A stretch of DNA of 64,000 nucleotides from Eledone cirrhosa (GCA_964016885.1 OZ024741.1:96038001-96102000); one strand, 5' to 3'; positions 41,249 to 55,762 are shown, counted from the stretch's first letter. Notes: generated by a model from the sequence alone, not told the origin. Numbers and translations: made by a program.

Positions 41249-43397
41249 CTTCTTCTTCTTCTTCTTCTTCTTCTTCTACCTTCCGTTTCATTTTACATTC
41301 TCCTTGTATTCCACCTTTTCCCTCTCGTTCTAATTCCACTAATATTTCTTACTCCTTTTATGCCTCCCCACCTCCACTTCTTCCTCCTACCTTTACTCTT
41401 CCTTCTCTTCCTTTTCCTCCCTTTTCACCACCACTTCATATACACCCTCTTCTCTCTCTTTCATTCTCTCTCTTCTTTAAGTTTTTCTTTCCTATTCCTC
41501 TTCCATGATCACCCACTCCGGTCATTACATTTCAACGGCCATCATTGACATTATTATCATCATCAATATGATCATCCTCATCAATATCCTGCCCCTCATC
41601 ATCATTATCATCAACGTCATCATCGTCGTAATATTTCCTCTGTTTCATTTACACTTACTGTATATGTTATTCCAGTTTTTCTTTTGTTTATTTCCAAACA
41701 AAATGTTATGCAGATGGTATTTGAATGGAACGCACTGCTAAAAATACAAACAAACAAAAAGCAAGTAAGCATTTTTCAAATCTTCTGATCTGTTTTGGTG
41801 GCTCCAAATTCTTGCTCCAACGTCTCAAACGTTTACGGAATTTCTTTTGGTATGACAATGTATGTTTTTCGAAATATCTGATCTTGTTTTCTTACCTTTA
41901 TCTGGCGTCTTGATTTCACCCCAAAAATAAAGAACTTTTCCCTTTTTGTCTCATGTTGAATTCCTGTGGTTTTGTATGCTTTCGGTTTATTCTTCTAAAT
42001 AATATATATTCCCTGTAAGAATAATTACAAGGCTTACATAAAGTGTCTGTTATAGTCTGTTTACGTTTCAAGTTCACGGTATCTAATTTGTTGTGCACTG
42101 ATATTCTTTTTATTAATACTACATTTATTCAAAATTTTAGAAGGGTGTAACTCTTTTATAAATGTAGGTAATTAGGATGTCAGCTTTTTTTAATATTTCT
42201 TCATTCCCGCTTATGATATTTTCTGACATGCTATTAAGTTTGATATTGTAGGAGCATTATTAATTTTTGTTATTGTTGCTGGTGTTTTCCAACTTTATTT
42301 CACTTTAATTACTAGATTTATTATTGTAGTCTACATCAAAACTGAATAACTGTTATCATACGTCCTAATAATGCTGTTATTTGGGTTGACTACATTAATA
42401 CGTTCTGCATGACAGTAAATCGTATCTTACACACTTTGATATTTTTATTCGAAATTACCAGGAAATAACTTGAGCTTCCATTTCTCATTTCTTCCGTATC
42501 TTCAAAAGTAATTCTTTCTGATTGCATACATTCAATCTTCTGCAAAAGATTCCTTACTATTAGTAAAGAGAGACATATACTCATTGGCAAAATTTATTTT
42601 TACTATTTTTAACAACAATGTCTGATCAGTTAGTGGAAATTATTCCTTTCAGTGATAAAAGTCCATTTTAATATGGTTGACACTGTCTCTGAGATGTGAT
42701 TATCGTATTACGCACGTGTGTATTTTTTATGTTAAACATATTGTTTAACGTTTGATTATATCGTTTTATATATTCAGATTTGACTAATAATGGGCATTCA
42801 GAATTGATGGGATTTACGGTTTCCATCTCCTGGAGAAATATATGAATTTCAAGTTTTTGTTTTAAACATCTTTATGTTAATATGCCTTATGAACAGAATT
42901 TGATTCTGTGCCGCTGTTGTTGCTGTCGGTACTGCTACAGCTACAATGAGACTTCCCGCTTCACTATTATAATCTCATTTTTTATTTATGTAATTCCTAC
43001 TAACTTTTGTATATATTTCTATTTTCAGAACACAAAAGAAATTTGGTAATTCTTTGGCTTCTCCTTGCATGCTCTTTTGTTAAAAATCGAATTTCTTTGG
43101 CCCTTGCAATTTTGTCTATATCAGTGGTCTGTGACATATTGGCTGTGATGTCTAATTACAAATGCTTAGGTTTTGTAAGATTTTGGCAAAAGCTGAAAAG
43201 AGTTTGTGTTCAACTTGCCTGTGCATAGCATAATATTTAAATGGATCTTCAATGTTTCTAGTTGGCTAATTTTATCAAATAGCAATTCTATTTTTATAAA
43301 TTCTCTTACGCAAACACAAGGGAATGGCAATAATTGGTCGACATATAATTTTATGTAGAGTCAACTATCACCGGAGAGAAGATTTCTGGCATTGTTA

Positions 43398-43960
43398 TTG
43401 GTAGAGGGTCGGACGCCATGCTTTGCAGCAAAGAGTTACGGCCCTTTATGGTCTGAGTTTAAATCCCGCCGAGGTTAACATTGCCTTTCATCCTTATGGG
43501 GTCGATAAAATAAAGTACCAGTAATACACTGGGATAATTGCTGTCCTTGTGCCAAAAGTAGAAACAATTATAATTACTATTATTAGGGCGGTGGTATGGC
43601 AGTATCGGTAGAGGGTCGGACGCCATCCTTTGTAGCATAGAGTTACGCCCCTTTATGATCTGAGTTCAAATCCCGCCGTGGTTAACTTTGCCTTTCATCC
43701 TTACGGGGTCGATAACATAAAGTACCAGTAACACACTGGGTAATTGCTGGCCTTGTGCCAAAAGTAGAAACAGTTATTACTATTATTATTATTTATGTTA
43801 TTTTGTTTTGGCTTCTGAGCCAAATCCCACCGTGGTTAACTTTACCTTTCATCCTTACGGGGTCGATAAAATAAAGTACCAGTCACGCAATAGGGTCGAT
43901 TTAATCGACTTTCCCGCTCCCCTAAAATTGCTGACCTTGTGCCTATATAAGAAACCATTC
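43398..43960 (+). mobile_element. Three tandem Deu/Nin-like SINEs (43398-43572, 43586-43777, 43814-43960)
   Basis: Three head-to-tail family matches separated by AT-rich tails. Confidence 0.9.
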
Positions 43961-44831
43961 TTATTTTATAGTTTATAGAGTTACGGAAAGAAAAACAAAT
44001 AAAAAATGAAAGAGATAGAAATGCAAACATGACAAGTTATACATAAAAACAAAATCGAGTGTTTGAATGGCTGAGAGGTATCTCGAATCAGTGCCATCTG
44101 CTAAACAATCAGGTCACTACATGTAGATGTGCTAGTTATCAGCAAAATTAGGATTTCTTACATGTAATTACTTGTACTTCCCCTAGCCGACTATGTAATT
44201 TGCACCTATTTTGATTGATCTAGGTTGTGTGGGATGGATATGAATAGGTATGTTTCTGAATTTAAGTACGATCTTCTATAATATCGGTGGCCCTGGATGT
44301 TAATGAAAATGAAAGTATTGCTTTGAGGCTGCTGCGAGTCTATTGCGCGACAGAGGGAAGAATGACCAGATTCCCGGCTCTTAAAGACCTCCCCAGGAAC
44401 AACGTAGTCGTTAGTACTGGTGTATTATTGGAATGGCATCTTAGTTGCACGCATGGAGCAAGTGGGATTCGCGATTAGAAAAGAGGGAACAACTTCTTAA
44501 ATCTCATCAGAGATCGACTGGACTATGTATGCATCAGCGTATACTTGAAAAAGACAGCAGATAGTCGGCCAAGTCGATTTAGATTGGTTATTTGTCAAGA
44601 TAGTGGATAGACATAAAGTAAATAGTTTACTCTTTCGGCTTGATGTCTACACAAAGTTAACATTTACAATTACACAAAGATCCAGTTACGGTAAACTGTT
44701 GTTACAATGCGCAAAGTCAAACAGTATTATAAAACTAGTCAAACAGGAATTGTTGGGGTCAATCTAAAAGATGATGGGTGCACCTCAGGAGGGAAAGTAG
44801 AATATAATGGGTGAGTTGTAGTAAGGAAATA

Positions 44832-44932
44832 ACTGTTTCTACTTTAGGCACAAGGCCAGCAATTACCCAGTACATTACTGGTACTTTATTTTATCGACCC
44901 CGTAAGGATGAAAGGCAAAGTTAATCTCGGCG
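44832..44932 (-). mobile_element. Deu/Nin-like SINE 3' half
   Basis: Reverse-complement family match. Confidence 0.85.
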
Positions 44933-45641
44933 AACGGTTGAAACTGGAGCATGAATTAACTAACTTAAAAAAGGCTGTTATAAAGGACTCTGCAGCTAAA
45001 TTCTTAGCTTCTGTTACTGAAACGTAGTTGTAAGGGATTCACTCGTTACCTCGGAAAAATCGATGCGCGTGTAATTCAACACTTTATTGGACGGGTGGCA
45101 TGTATGATACTATCCCATTTGTACCATTAACAAATGTAAATAAACAAGCATTACTTATCTTTCACAATACTTCATAGCAATAGCTTTGACAATACAATTA
45201 TTTTCCTTTTCAACACGCCCTGAACAATGTTATAATCATTTGAAATTGATACGTCGGTAATAACATACATTATTGATACGTTTATTATAGAGTGATGTCG
45301 GGCTTATAATATGATATCTTGTCAACGGTGTCTATGAAAATGTTCAAAATTGTTTTCGTCTTGCGGTCAGAGTTCATATAAATACCGCATATATTTTTTG
45401 TGGGTGTCTGAAACTGGATAGTCATGTAGCTATGTTTCTCTATCTCTGCATCTACATTTCTATGTGTCCATCTCTCTCCTCCCTCGCACCCTCCCGTTAC
45501 TCTGGTGATTCACCTACACACTCGCAGGATACAGCTCCTTCTCTCTATGTAAATGTTTATCTATCTTTCCACCTGTCTATATCTCTCTCTCACTCTCTCT
45601 CTCTCTTTATTTATATATGTATATACATATATATGTATTTA

Positions 45642-45685
<44 letters not shown>

Positions 45686-45850
45686 GACGCGCTCCATCAT
45701 CCACTTTTCTAAAAAAATAAATCGTACACAACAGCACCAACAGTTTTGCATGAGATGTCAAAATAAATGGACCTGTTATTTTTATCTAAAGACATTGTTT
45801 CCAATTCCAACCAGCTCGTCACCCCCCCCCCAATCTATATTATTTCTCAT

Positions 45851-45890
45851 TCTTTCTGCTGATGAAGGACTATCGTCCGAAACGTTAAGA
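45851..45890 (+). ncRNA. Minimal hammerhead ribozyme of PLE type
   Basis: CUGAUGA-a-ggac(tatc)gtcc-GAAACGUU with palindromic aacgtt stem III; stem I partly decayed. Confidence 0.65.
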
Positions 45891-45974
45891 CCCTCTTCCT
45901 GTTATATCAAGCGTTAACCTAATATATCCCTTCCATATACTGTACCGATTGTGTTGTTATATCTATTTACCTTT

Positions 45975-46024
<50 letters not shown>

Positions 46025-46027
<3 letters not shown>

Positions 46028-46476
46028 GGGTTGGACAAAATAATGGAAACATCTAGCATCATAATTTTGAAATATCTATAAAACCGTCAAAAGCTTGTTT
46101 ATTTTTATTGCTCTCGAGGTGGTCATTAAGCTCTGCAGTAATTTTGGGAGCTGTACTTTTGTGAACCTTTCTAACAATTCGCGTAAGAGTCCGACGGTCC
46201 CTATCTGAAAGTTTTTGTTTTCTGCCGGAGTTTGTTTCGACGAGGAGGTGTTTCCCTCTTTCTCAAAGGCTGTCATTACTTTCGAGACAGTACTTCTTGA
46301 TACACCAAACATTTCGGCTGTTTTCGTTACGCTTGCGCCTGCCATACGAGCACCAACAATTTGACCTCTTTGAAAGTCCGATAGATCTGTCATTTTACTG
46401 AATTTTAATTACATTTGTCTGCTGATATCTGAAAAGAAACAGCAATTTTAACAAAACATATTAAGCAACACTAATA

Positions 46477-46480
<4 letters not shown>
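46025..46480 (-). mobile_element. Internally deleted Tc1 transposon (one TIR plus paired-HTH N-terminus)
   Basis: TA|caggggttggacaaaataatggaaaca TIR; MTDLSDFQRGQIVGARMAGASVTKTAEMFGVSRSTVSKV. Confidence 0.85.
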
Positions 46481-46541
<61 letters not shown>

Positions 46542-46554
46542 TATATACATATAT

Positions 46555-46819
46555 TGTTATATTTGGGGAGGGTCATATTGTTATAATATTGTCAGAAATA
46601 ATAATAAAGCACACTCACTTTGGATTGGTTTTCGCTGGTGTATCTTTTATAACTCTATAGTTAATTTATCTGGCAATCAATTTTTATCATTGATTGACCA
46701 ACGGCTAAAAATATTGATAGAAATATATATAGTCTATCAAAGTTCTTTCGTCACACACCTGTGACATCATCAGTGGTACTATTATGTTTCTTCCCGTTGT
46801 ATTGTAATGTCTACGCCCT

Positions 46820-46820
<1 letters not shown>
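46555..46820 (-). mobile_element. pLTR remnant related to the 19.3-kb PLE, with HHR at ~46735-46777
   Basis: gttatatttggggagggtcat terminus; minus strand CUGAUGA-t-gtcac/gtgac-GAAAgaac. Confidence 0.65.
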
Positions 46821-46891
<71 letters not shown>

Positions 46892-47411
46892 TATACATAT
46901 ATAGATGTCCGACATACATATATGATGTCCGACAACACCATCTAGATTATTAAATAATCTATGTTCAAGCACTTCATAGATTTAGAATTGTCCTTTAAAA
47001 TCCACACATCATCGTAGATGTTATCTGAAAATACTCAAAAAGCTTCATTTGTTATTTCAATATATTCCACTTCATCAAAACATTTGCTTTACAACAATGT
47101 AGGATAATTACGATATTTCTTACTTACAGATATTTTCTTACCCATATGGATTATGGGGAACATGTCATGAGTTACTTCTGTAATTGTTGATGTTGTCCAT
47201 TAAATATAATTGCTGTATCCTCTTTAATAATTATGACAACTCTCTCTCTCTTTCTTTCCCTCCCTCTCTCTCTCTCTCTCTCTCTCGCTCTCTCGCACTC
47301 CCCCTCTATATATATATATATATTTATTATGTATTATTTATACATACATACATACACATATATAAAATATCTGTGCGAGTGAGTATATATATATATAAAT
47401 ATATATATATA

Positions 47412-47489
<78 letters not shown>

Positions 47490-47573
47490 CTAAAACTCTG
47501 ATCTTGCTTGCTTGCTTGCTTGCTTGCTTGCACACACTTTCTCTCTATATATATGTTCATATTTGTGTATATA

Positions 47574-47762
47574 CAGGTTGTCCCCCCAAAATTGTATACC
47601 CACTTTGATTGCCTATACATGCATTATTTGTTAGGATGGTGTATACATTTTTAGGGACCCCGGTATATATATATATGGTGTCCCCGAAAAATTTATACAC
47701 ACTTTGATTACCTGTACAGGCAATATATATATTAGAATGGTGTATACATTTTTAGGGACCCC

Positions 47763-47807
<45 letters not shown>

Positions 47808-48623
47808 TGTCCCCGAAAAATGTATACACACTTTGATTATCTGTACAGGCAATATATATATTAGAATGGTGTATATATTTTTAGGGACCCCGGTATATAT
47901 ATATATGGTGTCCCCGAAAAATGTATACACACTTTGATTACCTGTACAGGCAATATATATATATTAGAAGGGTGTATACATTTTTAGGGACCCCGGTATA
48001 TATAATATATATATATGGTGTCCCCGAAAAATGTATACACACTTTGATTACCTGTACAGGCAATATATATATATTAGAATGGTGTATACATTTTTAGGGA
48101 CCCCGGTATATATAATATATATATATGGTGTCCCCGAAAAATGTATACACACTTTGATTACCTGTACAGGCAATATATATATTAGAATGGTGTATACATT
48201 TTTAGGGACCCCGGTATATATATATATATGGTGTCCCCGAAAAATGTATACACACTTTGATTACCTGTACAGGCAATATATATATTAGAATGGTGTATAC
48301 ATTTTTAGGGACCCCGGTATATATATATATATATATATATATGGTGTCGCCGAAAAATGTATACACACTTTGATTACCTGTACAGGCAATATATATATTA
48401 GAATAGTGTATACATTTTTAGGGACCCCGGTATATATATATGGTGTCCCCGAACAATGTATACACACTTTGATTACTTGTACAGGCAATATATATATATT
48501 AGAATGGCGTATACATTTTTAGGGACCCCGGTATATATATATATATGGTGTCCCCGAAAAATGTATACACACTTTGATTACCTGTACAGGCAATATATAT
48601 ATTAGAATGGTGTATACATTTTT
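47574..48623. repeat. Tandem array of 10 Tc1/mariner-type MITE units (~88 bp) separated by variable (TA)n
   Basis: Unit ggtgtccccgaaaaatgtatacac...gtgtatacatttttagggaccccgg; the first unit is diverged and starts TA|CAG; the last is truncated. Confidence 0.85.
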
Positions 48624-49240
48624 ATATAATACTAAAAGTCTGTGATTGATTGATTGCTTGCTTATCTGTAATGTAATACAGCCAAAAGGGCGCATAATGG
48701 GAAAATAGTTTGAAAGGAAGTTGACCCTGAAATGGGAATACAAATGGAACAAAACAAATTCCGCGTAAATCGGACCGCGGGTTCCCGACATATAGGGTTT
48801 TTCCTGGTGCCTTCATAAACAAAGTAAACAAAGAGAGAAAAAGATAGAGAGAAAGAGATAGTGGTTGTGAGAGAGTAGATTGAAAGAGAGACAGAAAGAG
48901 GGAGAGGAGACAGAGAATGAAAAAATATATATATATATATATATATATGTGAGTGTGTGTGAATATATATATGTGTGTGATTATGACCAGTGCATGTAGA
49001 TCACAGACATCCACATATATATATATATATATATACACACACATACATATATATGTATATGTTTACACACACATATATATATACATACACTCACGTATAT
49101 ATATAGGCCTTCCAGTTTCATTTCACATTATATACATGTCTGTGTATATTTTTATCATTTAAAAATTATTTTTAAGTGAACACGATTTAAAAAAAAATAT
49201 TTTAAAGTGAACATGACCCAACGGGTCACGGGTGGTCTAG
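48621..49240 (+). mobile_element. Non-autonomous Helitron, same family as 33095-33659
   Basis: tatataatactaaaag... to tgacccaacgggtca-cgggtggtCTAG|T. Confidence 0.85.
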
Positions 49241-50380
49241 TATATATATATATATATATATGCATATATATGTGTGTCTGATGGTAGCTATGATGCTTCC
49301 AGCGGCGGTATGCATATATATACAAACGCGCACATATACACACGCATACACTAATGGCAAGCATCTCTTTACTTGTTCGCTGGTTTCCCCTCTTTCTACC
49401 ATACTATAGGAATGTTGAAGGAGTCAGTAGAGGCAGTGTTGAGAGATGTGGAAGCTTGAAGAGTTATGTAGAGAATCAATAAATAGGTAAGCGAATTAAT
49501 AAATGTTTGTTGTGTTAAGGTTTCATTTCAATACTGTATTGACGCATTATCTATAGGACTTTTAACAAACCCTATGTAGAGACATGTAAATCCCCAATAC
49601 TTTTGCGGAAAGAAAAATATGTATTTGCCTATTTAGACTCAATCCCGGAGTTTAGATTTCACCAGCGATCAAATACACGTGTTAACTATCAACGGAGACA
49701 CTGTTTATAAACCTATTACTACAAAGGACGTAGATAAATCGATTACATCGATGTACATATATAACGCAGTCTTCTCAATTTGTTATGTTAATATATGATG
49801 GGTTTGTTATTAATATTATACGGTACTACTGAATATATCAATAAATCATTTTTGTCAACACTATGCATAGATAGATGTAAACACCTTGTCTTTATACTCA
49901 ATATTAATTCAAACATAGCTGATCCTTTATTTTTTTATGACTGATGAATTCACGACTGTAGAATGAATCTAGTTCTGCTAATCCTTCCTTTTTGCAGCCA
50001 TGAAGATATTGTATAAAACCTCAATGTGTTTAGAACTGTTGTTATATAGTTTAGGTTTAAGAAACATTGGGAAAATTGGAAAATTGAAATGTGTGTTCCA
50101 CAACGCAAATGACGATAACAATTGTCGATCGCTATAAATAATAGTTGAGAGAAACGGGTAAAGTACTCCTGGTGATGGAATAAAAACATGGACACAAGCA
50201 GGTAGATTCTTTCTCCACTTTTATCCGTCAACAATGGTATTTTACCCGAGTTTCATATTAATCAAGATACATTGATGGCCGAACCAGTGAGTTGAGAGCG
50301 AGTTGACAGTGACCGAGTTCAGCTGGCACTTGCCTAACCAGTACCAAAAAAAAGAAAAGAAAATCATCGATTATTGTAAT

Positions 50381-50568
50381 ATTGTTTCTACTTTTGGCAC
50401 AAGGCCAGCAATTACCCAGTGCATTACTGGTACTTTATTTTATCGATCCCGTAAGGATGAAAGGCAAACTTAACCTCGGTGGGATTTGAACTCAGATCTT
50501 AAAGGGCCATAACTCTATGCTACAAAGCATGGTGTCCGACTCTCTACCGATACTGCCAATCCACCGCC
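50381..50568 (-). mobile_element. Deu/Nin-like SINE, full length
   Basis: Reverse-complement family match. Confidence 0.9.
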
Positions 50569-50679
50569 ATATTATTGTAATATTGATAGAAAAGGCGGAG
50601 AGAAGAAAAAGCTCAAATGTGGTTGAAAGGCTGGAACATGTTTGGGAGTGACTTGTGGAAAATCTGTTCTTGGCATTGT

Positions 50680-50862
50680 TGTTTGGCAGGGTTGTTAGAA
50701 CGTTGGACAAAGGCTTGGCAGTATTTATTCCAGCTCTTTACATTGAGTTCAAATGGCGTTGAGACCAACTTTCCCTTTCATCCTTCTTAGGTCGAAAAAA
50801 CAAAGTACAACTCTAGTACTAGGCTCAATATAATGGTCTTTCCTTTTACTCTAAAATTGCTG
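50680..50862 (+). mobile_element. Diverged Deu/Nin-like SINE
   Basis: gagttcaaat...ctttcatccttcttaggtcg. Confidence 0.7.
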
Positions 50863-51186
50863 GTGGTCTTCCAGTCATTTAGCCTTAGGTCAAAGCTACA
50901 ATCAAAGGCACACCAACTACGACTATACATTTTTGTGACTATAATCTACACTATGTCTTTCATGTTTTTAGAAGGTAAGGTGTGATTCGTTGAAGATGTT
51001 ACTGTTATTTCTAGCATGCTTCCTTGTCACTGTTGCTCTTGACCCTATTATTGTTTTTGGTATCTCTATTAGTTTTCCTACTACCTGTGTTATTATGGTG
51101 ATGTTGTTGCTGTTGTTGTTTTTGTTGGTGTTGTTGTTGGTGTTATTGTTAATGTTGGTGTTACTATATTTGCTTTGTAGTTGCTA

Positions 51187-51405
51187 GGTGGATTGGTAGT
51201 ATCTGTAGATCTGTAGACAACATGCTTTGTTGCTTTGAGTTATGGCCCTTTGCGTTCTGAGTTCAAACCCCGCCGAGGTTAGCTTTGCATTTCATCCTTA
51301 CAAGGTCGATAAAAAAAAATACTAGTAACGCACTGAGGTCGATTTAATCAACTTTCCACCTCCCCACAAAACTACTGGCTTTGTGCCTAAACCAAAAACC
51401 ATTAT
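51187..51405 (+). mobile_element. Deu/Nin-like SINE, long variant
   Basis: Family match. Confidence 0.8.
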
Positions 51406-51874
51406 TTTGGTTGTGTTATGTTGTATTTAGTTGTTATTGTTTTTGTTGCTGTTGTTATAGAGGTTGTTGTTGTTGTTGTTGTTACTGCCACTCTTGCAAT
51501 TGTTGCTTTAGCTGTTGCTTTTGATGTTGTCATTATTGTTGCTTTTATTGCTGCTACTAAAGAAGTTGTGATTATCGCTCTTATTGTTATTGCTGTACTT
51601 AATAGCTACTGCTGCTGCAGTAGTAGTTGTTGTTATGTTTCGTATTGTTGTAGCTGTTGCTTCAAGTGATACAACAATGTACAATTGCAATACAAATATC
51701 TTGACAGGTTTGTCTTTCTTTTGTTTCTTATTCATATTCGAATTCTTTTGGCCGGCAGGTGGTGCTCTTGTGCTCACGCCGACTCTACAATAGACTCCTT
51801 TCTTCGTTCCCATTACCACCTTCTCCCACCAACACAACTCTAAAACACTACTGCTGCTGCTGCTGCTGCTCCTG

Positions 51875-51917
<43 letters not shown>

Positions 51918-51922
51918 TACTT

Positions 51923-51996
<74 letters not shown>

Positions 51997-52039
51997 GCTG
52001 TTGTTGTTAATGTTGTTGCTACTACTACTGTTGCTGCTG

Positions 52040-52089
<50 letters not shown>

Positions 52090-52205
52090 GATGCAAATAA
52101 CAAAGATAACGACAGTAATGCCGACAATATTGTCTCCTCCCCCACCACAATTACGCAAACCACCAATCACTTTCATCAGAATTACTGTTTTTCTCATATA
52201 TCATA

Positions 52206-54412
52206 CCACCACTATTATCAGAAATACCACTACCACCATTACTACAAACACTAACAACTCCACCACTATTATCAGAAATACCACTACCACCATTACTACA
52301 AACACTAACAACTCCACCACTATTATCAGAAACACCACTACCACCATTACTACAAACACTAACAACGCCACCACTATTATCAGAAATACCACTACCACCA
52401 TTACTACAAACACTAACAACTCCACCACTATTATCAGAAACACCACTACCACCATTACTACAAACACTAACAACTCCACCACTATTATCAGAAACACCAC
52501 TACCACCATTACTACAAACACTAACAACGCCACCACTATTATCAGAAATACCACTACCACCATTACTACAAACACTAACAACGCCACCACTATTATCAGA
52601 AATACCACTACCACCATTACTACAAACACTAACAACGCCACCACTATTATCAGAAATACCACTACCACCATTACTACAAACACTAACAACTCCACCACTA
52701 TTATCAGAAACACCACTACCACCATTACTACAAACACTAACAACTCCACCACTATTATCAGAAATACCACTACCACCATTACTACAAACACTAACAACTC
52801 CACCACTATTATCAGAAATACCACTACCACCATTACTACAAACACTAACAACTCCACCACTATTATCAGAAACACCACTACCACCATTACTACAAACACT
52901 AACAACGCCACCACTATTATCAGAAATACCACTACCACCATTACTACAAACACTAACAACTCCACCACTATTATCAGAAACACCACTACCACCATTACTA
53001 CAAACACTAACAACGCCACCACTATTATCAGAAATACCACTACCACCATTACTACAAACACTAACAACGCCACCACTATTATCAGAAACACCACTACCAC
53101 CATTACTACAAACACTAACAACTCCACCACTATTATCAGAAACACCACTACCACCATTACTACAAACACTAACAACGCCACCACTATTATCAGAAATACC
53201 ACTACCACCATTACTACAAACACTAACAACTCCACCACTATTATCAGAAACACCACTACCACCATTACTACAAACACTAACAACGCCACCACTATTATCA
53301 GAAACACCACTACCACCATTACTACAAACACTAACAACGCCACCACTATTATCAGAAACACCACTACCACCATTACTACAAACACTAACAACGCCACCAC
53401 TATTATCAGAAACACCACTACCACCATTACTACAAACACTAACAACGCCACCACTATTATCAGAAACACCACTACCACCATTACTACAAACACTAACAAC
53501 GCCACCACTATTATCAGAAACACCACTACCACCATTACTACAAACACTAACAACGCCACCACTATTATCAGAAACACCACTACCACCATTACTACAAACA
53601 CTAACAACGCCACCACTATTATCAGAAACACCACTACCACCATTACTACAAACACTAACAACGCCACCACTATTATCAGAAACACCACTACCACCATTAC
53701 TACAAACACTAACAACGCCACCACTATTATCAGAAATACCACTACCACCATTACTACAAACACTAACAACGCCACCACTATTATCAGAAACACCACTACC
53801 ACCATTACTACAAACACTAACAACGCCACCACTATTATCAGAAACACCACTACCACCATTACTACAAACACTAACAACGCCACCACTATTATCAGAAACA
53901 CCACTACCACCATTACTACAAACACTAACAACGCCACCACTATTATCAGAAATACCACTACCACCATTACTACAAACACTAACAACGCCACCACTATTAT
54001 CAGAAACACCACTACCACCATTACTACAAACACTAACAACGCCACCACTATTATCAGAAACACCACTACCACCATTACTACAAACACTAACAACGCCACC
54101 ACTATTATCAGAAACACCACTACCACCATTACTACAAACACTAACAACGCCACCACTATTATCAGAAACACCACTACCACCATTACTACAAACACTAACA
54201 ACGCCACCACTATTATCAGAAACACCACTACCACCATTACTACAAACACTAACAACGCCACCACTATTATCAGAAACACCACTACCACCATTACTACAAA
54301 CACTAACAACGCCACCACTATTATCAGAAATACCACTACCACCATTACTACAAACACTAACAACGCCACCACTATTATCAGAAATACCACTACCACCATT
54401 ACTACAAACACT
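52206..54412. repeat. 54-bp minisatellite, ~41 near-identical copies
   Basis: Unit ccaccactattatcagaaa(t/c)accactaccaccattactacaaacactaacaac(t/g). Confidence 0.97.
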
Positions 54413-54508
54413 CAACTTTAACACTACTACCACAACCACCATCACTGCCAGAGCAATAGCTGGTAAGAATCTAAATTGCTACAATAATCCTTCAACCACT
54501 GGTGCCAT

Positions 54509-54569
<61 letters not shown>

Positions 54570-55762
54570 GCTAGAAATAGCAGCCAAAACTCCCCGAAAA
54601 CAGGAGATGTTGAATAATGATGTCCTGGGACACTGCACAAATGATAAACAGGAAACGATCAGGACTGAAATGTATTTCATTATAGGTTTGTACGATTAGG
54701 GCTAACCTTGAGTTAAACGATAAACAACATCCAGAAACTAGATCTAAGTGGTAATTCAACCTGCTAAAAATAGCTGCTAAATCTCCCTCAAATCAATACT
54801 TGTGATATTAGGGCACTTTAGATAATACACTCTTACATATACTATGCAAAAACAAAGAAAAAAATTAGAAAATTGATGGAATCGTCACGGCTGGAACACA
54901 TTACTTTCGTTTTAAATATCATCACCGTCGTCCACCAACAAAATTATCACTACCACCACCATTACTACTTCTATTGCCTCCGAAAAACCATTCCCAACGT
55001 CAATACCACCACCATTACCACCACGACCACCACGACGACGACCACCACCACCACCAATACCCTCCCCCCATTACCACCACCACCACAACAACAACAACCA
55101 CCACCAATAGCGACCCCACCACCACAACCAGCGACATGACCACCACAACCACCACCACCATCAATACCATCACCATCACCACCACCACCACCACCACCAA
55201 TGCCACTACAATTGCCATTACCAACATGCCAATAGCAACCACAACGAAAGAGCAGGAACTAATTTCTATCACCGCATCTCTGATCAAGTTAGTATCACGT
55301 GTCCATTGTTACTTATGACCGAAACTCCCTCTAGCGGTGTATTTGTTCTCATCCGGAACTCTGTCCCATCTGCTCCTAATATTATATTCATTCCCCACTA
55401 CACCGCTTTAACACCCCCAGCAGCCATTTTCCATATTATTCCATGACCTATTTCTTCTTCTTCTTCTTCTTCTTCTTCTTCTTCTTCTTCTTCTTCTTCT
55501 TCTTCTTCTTCTTCTTCTTCTTCTTCTTCTTCTTCTTCTTCTTCTTCTTCTTCTACCTTCCATTCATTTTACTTTCTCTTCTATTCCACATTTTCTCTCT
55601 CGCCCTATTTCCACTTATTTATTCTGCCCCCCCCCCCCTCTCCTACCTTTATTCTTCCTTCTCTTCCTTGAATAACCACTCCGGTCATTACATTCCAATA
55701 ATCATCATTGACATTATCATCATCATCAATATGATCAACCTCATAATACCCCTCCTCATCCT

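Noticed and set aside
41700-43330. Possible host exons or decayed LINE on the minus strand
   Set aside because: No diagnostic motif or credible splice structure; needs a tBLASTn or Dfam search.
47574-48623. CRISPR-like repeat-spacer appearance
   Set aside because: Spacers are only (TA)n, units are ~88-bp TIR elements, there are no cas genes and the context is eukaryotic.
52151-54445. 764-aa and 736-aa minus-strand ORFs
   Set aside because: By-products of a stop-free 54-bp tandem unit.
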